42,021 nucleotides of DNA from positions 1 to 42,021 of the forward strand of contig CAXFSR010000024.1 of NCBI GenBank assembly GCA_964005815.1. Direction: 5' to 3'. Positions 36,655-42,021 of this stretch are shown piece after piece. Source of the stretch: an uncultured Nitrospinaceae bacterium (GTDB taxonomy: Bacteria > UBA8248). Position 1 is the stretch's first letter. The number at the start of each line of letters is the position of its first letter. The notes beneath the pieces are model-generated. The model searched no databases. It was not told the origin of the DNA and saw only the letters and a program-made list of their open reading frames with translations. A program made the position numbers and the translations under genes.

Positions 36655-38748
36655 ATGAACAATAAGAAAACAACAAGAAAAAAACAAATAATTGCTGCTG
36701 TTGATATTGGTGGAACATTTACTGACATTGTTGTCTATGACAATGCAAACAAAAAAACTTTTCTTCGCAAGGAATTAACGACAACAATAGATCCTTCTAT
36801 TGGTGCTCTTGCAGGATTACGATCTTTAATAGAAAACGAAAAAATTCGTTTTCAAGATTTGTCTAAGATAATTCATGCAACCACTTTAGCAGGAAATGCA
36901 ATTATAGAAAGAAAAGGAGCAGAAACCGGTCTGGTTGCTACAAAAGGATTTGGCGAAATCCTAACAATTGGTCGAGAATCACGTTATGACATCTACGATC
37001 TAAACCCAGAATTTCCTGAACCATTAGTGAAGGGTTCGTTAAGACATGAATTAACGGAAAGGACTTCTGCATCTGGACAGGTACTTCAGATCCCAAGCGT
37101 TCAAGAAATAAAAGTAAATATTCAAGAACTAGTAGATAAAGGTGCAGAATCAATCGCAGTTTGCTTGCTTCATTCATACGTTAATTCTGAAAATGAAAGA
37201 GAAATTGGAAAAGTTATTGAGAAATCATTTCCTGAACTAAGTTATAGTCTGTCATCCGATGTTTGCCCTGAAATAAGAGAGTATGAAAGGACTTCGACGA
37301 CAGTTGCAAATGCATATATTAAACCATTGATCGCGAGATATCTTGAAAATTTAGAAATCAATCTCTCAAATGTTTCTCTTTACATAATGCTTTCTAATGG
37401 TGGAATTACGGATCCTACTTCCGCAGAAAAAAACCCTATTCGAATGTTTGAATCTGGACCTGCTGCAAGTGTTTTATCAGCAAAGCATTTTGGAAAGAAT
37501 GCAGGTTTAGAAAACTTCATCTCCTTCGATATGGGGGGAACAACCGCTAAAACCAGTATTATAGAGAAGGGGGATCCACATATTTCCTTCCAATCTGAAG
37601 TAGCAAGAGTAAAAAGATTCAACAAAGGTAGTGGTCTTCCTATTCAAAATCCTTGTATTGATTTACTTGAAGTTGGAGCAGGGGGGGGAAGTATTGCTCA
37701 AATAAATAAAATGGGATTATTAAAAGTTGGTCCTGAAAGTACAGGAGCTAATCCTGGTCCAGCTTGCTATGACATAGGTGGAGAGGAACCTACCGTAACA
37801 GACGCAGATCTCTTATTGGGCTACATTAATCCAGAATTCTTCCTTGGTGGTGAAATGTTAATTAAAAAGGAAAAATCTGAACAAGTAATTGAAACTAAAA
37901 TAGCAAAACCGCTAAAAATCGAAACAATTGATGCAGCTTGGGGAATCCATGAATTAGTAAACGAGAGAATGGCCTCAGCTGTTAAAATGCAAATATCACA
38001 AAGAGGCTTAGATCACAGAAATTTCACACTTTTTGCTTCAGGGGGTGCCGGACCAGTTCACGCATTTCGTTTAGCAAGAAAAGTAGGATTACAAAAGATT
38101 ATTTGTCCACCTGCCTCAAGTTTGTCTTCATCTTTAGGAATGTTAACAGTCCCATTAAAAGTTGATTCAGTCTATACTATGGTAACTCCTCTTGATGAAG
38201 TTGACTTAAAACAAATAAATAAACTACTGGAAGAAAAAGAAAAAGAATGCTTCCAACTGCTTAGTAAGTCAGGAGAAAATAATAAAAAGATACGAATTCA
38301 AAGGTTGGCTGACATAAGTTTTGAAGGTCAAGGTTCTTCAATTTCTGTTCAAATACCAGACGGAAAATTAACACAAAATCATTTCGATGAAATAGAAATG
38401 AATTTCAGAGAAAAATATATTTCCGAACATGGTTCTGCAATTGAAAAAGTTAAATTACAGGTGTTTAGTTGGAGAATTTTTGCCTATGGCGAAGAACCAA
38501 AAATGGATTTTGAATTTATGTACAAAAAGAACACATCAAAGAATATGCCTATTAAAAGTCAAAGAAGAATATATTTACCAGAAACTAAAGGATTCAGGAA
38601 GGTTAACGTATACGATAGATACCAGTTAAAGCCTGGGCAAATTTATAAAGGCCCTGCTTTACTTGAAGAACCAATGACCACAACAGTTATAGGTCCTCGT
38701 TCAAGATTTACAATGGACAAAAAATATAATGTGACCATAACTCTTTAA
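36655..38748 (+). CDS. Hydantoinase/oxoprolinase family, A (ATP-binding) subunit
   Basis: DIGGTFTD, HATT, EYERTSTT, ESGPA, DMGGTT, GAGGGSIA, PGPACY, PTVTDA. Confidence 0.93.
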   Translation: MNNKKTTRKKQIIAAVDIGGTFTDIVVYDNANKKTFLRKELTTTIDPSIGALAGLRSLIENEKIRFQDLSKIIHATTLAGNAIIERKGAETGLVATKGFGEILTIGRESRYDIYDLNPEFPEPLVKGSLRHELTERTSASGQVLQIPSVQEIKVNIQELVDKGAESIAVCLLHSYVNSENEREIGKVIEKSFPELSYSLSSDVCPEIREYERTSTTVANAYIKPLIARYLENLEINLSNVSLYIMLSNGGITDPTSAEKNPIRMFESGPAASVLSAKHFGKNAGLENFISFDMGGTTAKTSIIEKGDPHISFQSEVARVKRFNKGSGLPIQNPCIDLLEVGAGGGSIAQINKMGLLKVGPESTGANPGPACYDIGGEEPTVTDADLLLGYINPEFFLGGEMLIKKEKSEQVIETKIAKPLKIETIDAAWGIHELVNERMASAVKMQISQRGLDHRNFTLFASGGAGPVHAFRLARKVGLQKIICPPASSLSSSLGMLTVPLKVDSVYTMVTPLDEVDLKQINKLLEEKEKECFQLLSKSGENNKKIRIQRLADISFEGQGSSISVQIPDGKLTQNHFDEIEMNFREKYISEHGSAIEKVKLQVFSWRIFAYGEEPKMDFEFMYKKNTSKNMPIKSQRRIYLPETKGFRKVNVYDRYQLKPGQIYKGPALLEEPMTTTVIGPRSRFTMDKKYNVTITL

Positions 38749-38759
38749 TTAGGAGATTT

Positions 38760-40424
38760 GTGATGGCCAGAAGGGGCATCGACTCTATTACCCTAGAAGT
38801 TCTTTGGAGCAGATTAGTTGCTATCGCTGAAGAATCTGCTGGGGAAATAATAAGAACTGCTTTCTCAACTACTATTAGGGAATCTAGAAATTTTGCTCTA
38901 GTCTTATTAGACACAAAAGGTTTTTTGATTGCACAAGCTGTTTCAACTATGCCCAGCTTTATAGGTGCAATTCCTATAACAGCCAGAGAACTCCTGAAAA
39001 TTTTCAAACCAAATGAAATAAAAGAAGGAGACCTTATTTTAACTAATGATCCATGGTTGGGAACAGGTCAGCTACAAGATCTGACTTCATTAAGTCCTAT
39101 TTTCTATAAGAATAAATTAGTAGCATTTGTTGGAATTACAACACATGTTACTGATGTAGGAGGAAAACTTAGATCTCCAGAAGTAAGAGAAATTTACGAA
39201 GAAGGTGTTCAAATACCACCCTGCAAATTTTTCTCTGAAGGGAAGATTGATAAAAGCTTGCTACAAATAATAAGACAAAATGTTCGATTGCCCAATCAAA
39301 TTGAAGGGGATATTCTGTCCCATCGAGCTGCTTCACAAATAGCTTCAAATCGAATAAGTGAAATGCTAGAAGAGTATAAGCTTGAACATCTTGAAGTAGT
39401 TTCTTCTATAATTTTGCAAAGATCAGAAAATACCGTTAGAGATGCTATAAAGAAAATCCCAGATGGAGAATATAGATTCCAGACATTGACTGACGGTTAT
39501 AGTGAACCATTGATAATCAGGGTTGAAGTTAGAGTAAGAGGAAGTAGTATTCTGATAGATTTTACGGGTTCATCTCCGCAAGTAGATAGAGGATTAAATG
39601 CCGTTTTCAATTTCGTTTATGCATATGCAGCATATACGATAAAGTGTCTGTTTTTCCCTGATATTCCTAATAATGATGGTAATTTCAGGCCTATTTCTGT
39701 TTCTGCTCCAGATGGAAGCATTTTAAATCCTCGTTATCCTGCAGCTGTTAATGGAAGATCTATGGTCGGACATTTTATTCCTTCTGTAATTTTTGGAGCA
39801 TTACATAATGCGGTCCCTGAATTAGTCCAAGCCGCAAGTGGTAGTCCTAGTTGGTCTCTTAATGCTGCTGGAACTACATTAGATGGTAAACCCTTTGCGG
39901 GAAATTATTTCTTCCATGGAGGACAAGGAGCAAGTGCGAAGAATGACGGTCAGAGTTGTATGAGTTTTCCTTCAAACACATCTAATACCCCAATTGAAAT
40001 TCTTGAACATATGGTACCTCTATTAGTTGAAAAGAAATCATCAATTAGAGATAGCGGTGGTTCAGGAAAGTATCGGGGAGGCAATGGACAACAAGTTGTT
40101 GTTAAATCATTATCAGAAACTCCTATATTATTAACTTTTATAAGCGAGAGAACGAAACATCCCGCATACGGACTTTTTGGAGGAAAAAATGGAAGGGCTG
40201 GGAAAATTACGTATAATGGAAGGCCTATAAATCCTAAAAAACAGTTAGTATTAGCACAAGGGGACCGGTTGATTATGGAAATTCCTAGCGGTGGAGGCTA
40301 TGGAGATCCTAGAGAACGTTCTACTCAATTAATTGAAAATGATATTAGAAATGGCGTTTTATCAATTGAGAAATCCAGAAAAGAATACGGCACTTCTGGG
40401 AATCTAACCAATTCTGACCTATAA
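38760..40424 (+). CDS. Hydantoinase B / oxoprolinase family subunit
   Basis: RTAFSTTIRES, NDPW.G, H..DVGG, EEG, NTPIE..E, DSGG.G..RGG, GGGYGDP.ER. Confidence 0.93.
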   Translation: MMARRGIDSITLEVLWSRLVAIAEESAGEIIRTAFSTTIRESRNFALVLLDTKGFLIAQAVSTMPSFIGAIPITARELLKIFKPNEIKEGDLILTNDPWLGTGQLQDLTSLSPIFYKNKLVAFVGITTHVTDVGGKLRSPEVREIYEEGVQIPPCKFFSEGKIDKSLLQIIRQNVRLPNQIEGDILSHRAASQIASNRISEMLEEYKLEHLEVVSSIILQRSENTVRDAIKKIPDGEYRFQTLTDGYSEPLIIRVEVRVRGSSILIDFTGSSPQVDRGLNAVFNFVYAYAAYTIKCLFFPDIPNNDGNFRPISVSAPDGSILNPRYPAAVNGRSMVGHFIPSVIFGALHNAVPELVQAASGSPSWSLNAAGTTLDGKPFAGNYFFHGGQGASAKNDGQSCMSFPSNTSNTPIEILEHMVPLLVEKKSSIRDSGGSGKYRGGNGQQVVVKSLSETPILLTFISERTKHPAYGLFGGKNGRAGKITYNGRPINPKKQLVLAQGDRLIMEIPSGGGYGDPRERSTQLIENDIRNGVLSIEKSRKEYGTSGNLTNSDL

Positions 40425-40443
40425 GAATTCTATATAGAATATT

Positions 40444-41415
40444 TTGAAAAAAATTTCGATTACAACTACTGATAATCTACCTGTGGCACTTCAACCTGTA
40501 AAAGATACTCTTCGTGGATTGGCTTTCATTAAAAAAGTTCCTCTACCATTCAATTTTAATAGTTCAAAAGAAAAAGAATTTTTTATAAATGAATTAATAG
40601 AATCAGACGGAATACTTCTAAGAAGTGGCAATTTATCCAGAGATTTGATTGAAAAACTTCCAAATCTGCAAATAATTGCAGTTCATGGTTCTGGAGTAGA
40701 CCAAGTAAACTTGGAGGCTTGTAATACACACAATGTGATTGTTACAAATACCCCTGGAGCAAACTCAAATTCAGTAGCTGAACTCACTATAGGACTAATG
40801 ATTTCTCTTCTAAGAAAGATTCCAGAAATAAACAATAAAGTAAAAATCAAGAAAATCTGGGATCAAGCTAGAGTGAATGGCAATGAATTAAAAGGGAAAA
40901 AATTAGGATTGATAGGATTTGGTCAAATTGGAAAAAAAGTAGCAAAAATTGCAAATTCAATAGGGATGGATGTTTCTTCATACGACCCAAACATCAATCA
41001 AAATGAAATGTCTAAAATTTCTACTAAAAAAGTAGATATAAGTTTATTATTAACTGAATCAGATATAGTTTCTCTCCATATCCCTCTAACAGAATTATCA
41101 CATCACATAATAAGTAAAAATGAATTAAAAAAAATGAAAATAGGATCTTATATTATTAATACTGCTAGAGGGGCATTGATAGATGAACTTGCATTATCTG
41201 AACAATTAATAAATGGGAATATTGCTGGCGCAGCTTTAGATATTTTGGAAGGTGAACCACCTGATCCACAAAGTCCAATATTCAAGTCTCCAAACGTGAT
41301 CATCACACCACACATTGGCGGATCAACTTATGAATGTCTTGAAAATATTGCAAAGATTGCTTCTGAAAACTTAGCTGATTTCTTTAAGGGTGAAATTCCA
41401 AAACACACAATTTAA
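40444..41415 (+). CDS. D-isomer-specific 2-hydroxyacid dehydrogenase (SerA-like, no ACT domain)
   Basis: NTPGANS.SVAE, GLIGFGQIG, INTARG, EP, TPHIG. Confidence 0.9.
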   Translation: MKKISITTTDNLPVALQPVKDTLRGLAFIKKVPLPFNFNSSKEKEFFINELIESDGILLRSGNLSRDLIEKLPNLQIIAVHGSGVDQVNLEACNTHNVIVTNTPGANSNSVAELTIGLMISLLRKIPEINNKVKIKKIWDQARVNGNELKGKKLGLIGFGQIGKKVAKIANSIGMDVSSYDPNINQNEMSKISTKKVDISLLLTESDIVSLHIPLTELSHHIISKNELKKMKIGSYIINTARGALIDELALSEQLINGNIAGAALDILEGEPPDPQSPIFKSPNVIITPHIGGSTYECLENIAKIASENLADFFKGEIPKHTI

Positions 41416-41453
41416 ATAAAAAAGCCCCGCCTAAGGCAGAGCTTTTTATTTTT
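41415..41453. terminator. Bidirectional terminator between the dehydrogenase gene and the rRNA operon
   Basis: AATAAAAAAGCCCCGCC-TAA-GGCAGAGCTTTTTATT; A-tract and T-tract flank an imperfect stem. Confidence 0.7.
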
Positions 41454-41454
41454 A

Positions 41455-41570
<116 letters not shown>

Positions 41571-41646
41571 ATTTAAATTTTTTGAATTACAGTCCATGTA
41601 CATTGATAGCTTATATTATTTGAAATAATCATCGTAATTATTAAAT

Positions 41647-42021
41647 CCGATCAAGCCTCACGGCCAATTAGTACTGGTCAGCTTAACACATTACTGTGCT
41701 TACACATCCAGCCTATCAACCTCCTAGTCTAGAAGGAGCCTTAAGGGACAAAGTCCAGGGAGATCTAGTCTTGGGGTAGGCTTCCCACTTATATGCTTTC
41801 AGCGGTTATCCTTTCCGTACATAGCTACCGAGCGATGCGGCTGGCGCCACAACTCGAACACTAGAGGTACGTCCAACCCGGTCCTCTCGTACTAGGGTCA
41901 GCTCCCCTCAAATCTCCTACGCCCACAACAGATAGGGACCGAACTGTCTCACGACGTTCTAAACCCAGCTCGCGTACCGCTTTAATTGGCGAACAGCCAA
42001 ACCCTTGGGACCTGCTTCAGC
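41647..42021 (-). rRNA. rrl: 23S rRNA, 3' end (partial)
   Basis: Contains GGGTTTAGAACGTCGTGAGACAGTTCGGTCCCTATC and the sarcin-ricin loop AGTACGAGAGGACC on the minus strand. Confidence 0.97.

Noticed and set aside
811..39007. Numerous 60-116 aa ORFs nested in or antisense to identified genes
   Set aside because: They overlap well-supported genes and show no motifs or convincing RBS.

Overview
An AT-rich bacterial chromosomal segment using the standard code (TGA ends several genes). It is mostly housekeeping and catabolic genes and ends in the 3' part of an rRNA operon (23S 3' end and 5S, minus strand). In order it holds: a partial MORN-repeat gene, citrate synthase, a polyamine operon (speD-pdaD-speE-speB), glutaredoxin, an HpaB-family flavoprotein, Fe-ADH, yqeC, an M20 peptidase, thiE-thiL, serS with all four tRNA-Ser isoacceptors nearby, SRP RNA-dnaX-ybaB-recR, an amidase, a divergent SucCD/ACL-like pair, tadA, a hydrolase/cyclase/YhhQ/cupin/VOC cluster, a YhaO/YhaN-like nuclease-ATPase pair, two paralogous lipoproteins, hflKC and hydantoinase/oxoprolinase A+B with a D-2-hydroxyacid dehydrogenase. 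Four signals are not explained by the ORF track. (1) Two tandem peroxiredoxin-like genes have in-frame UGA at the redox motif, one UxxC and one UxxU, each with SECIS-like hairpins. (2) A free-standing ~155-nt multibranch RNA at 34163-34317 has its own promoter preceded by two NrdR-box-like sites 31 bp apart, but no reductase gene follows. (3) A small promoter-to-terminator unit at ~18834-19035 has 15 nt of complementarity to the consensus 16S 3' end in front of a 12-codon ORF. (4) An A10 run in dnaX lies where the gamma subunit would end. All calls come from reading motifs by eye; no searches or folding programs were run.
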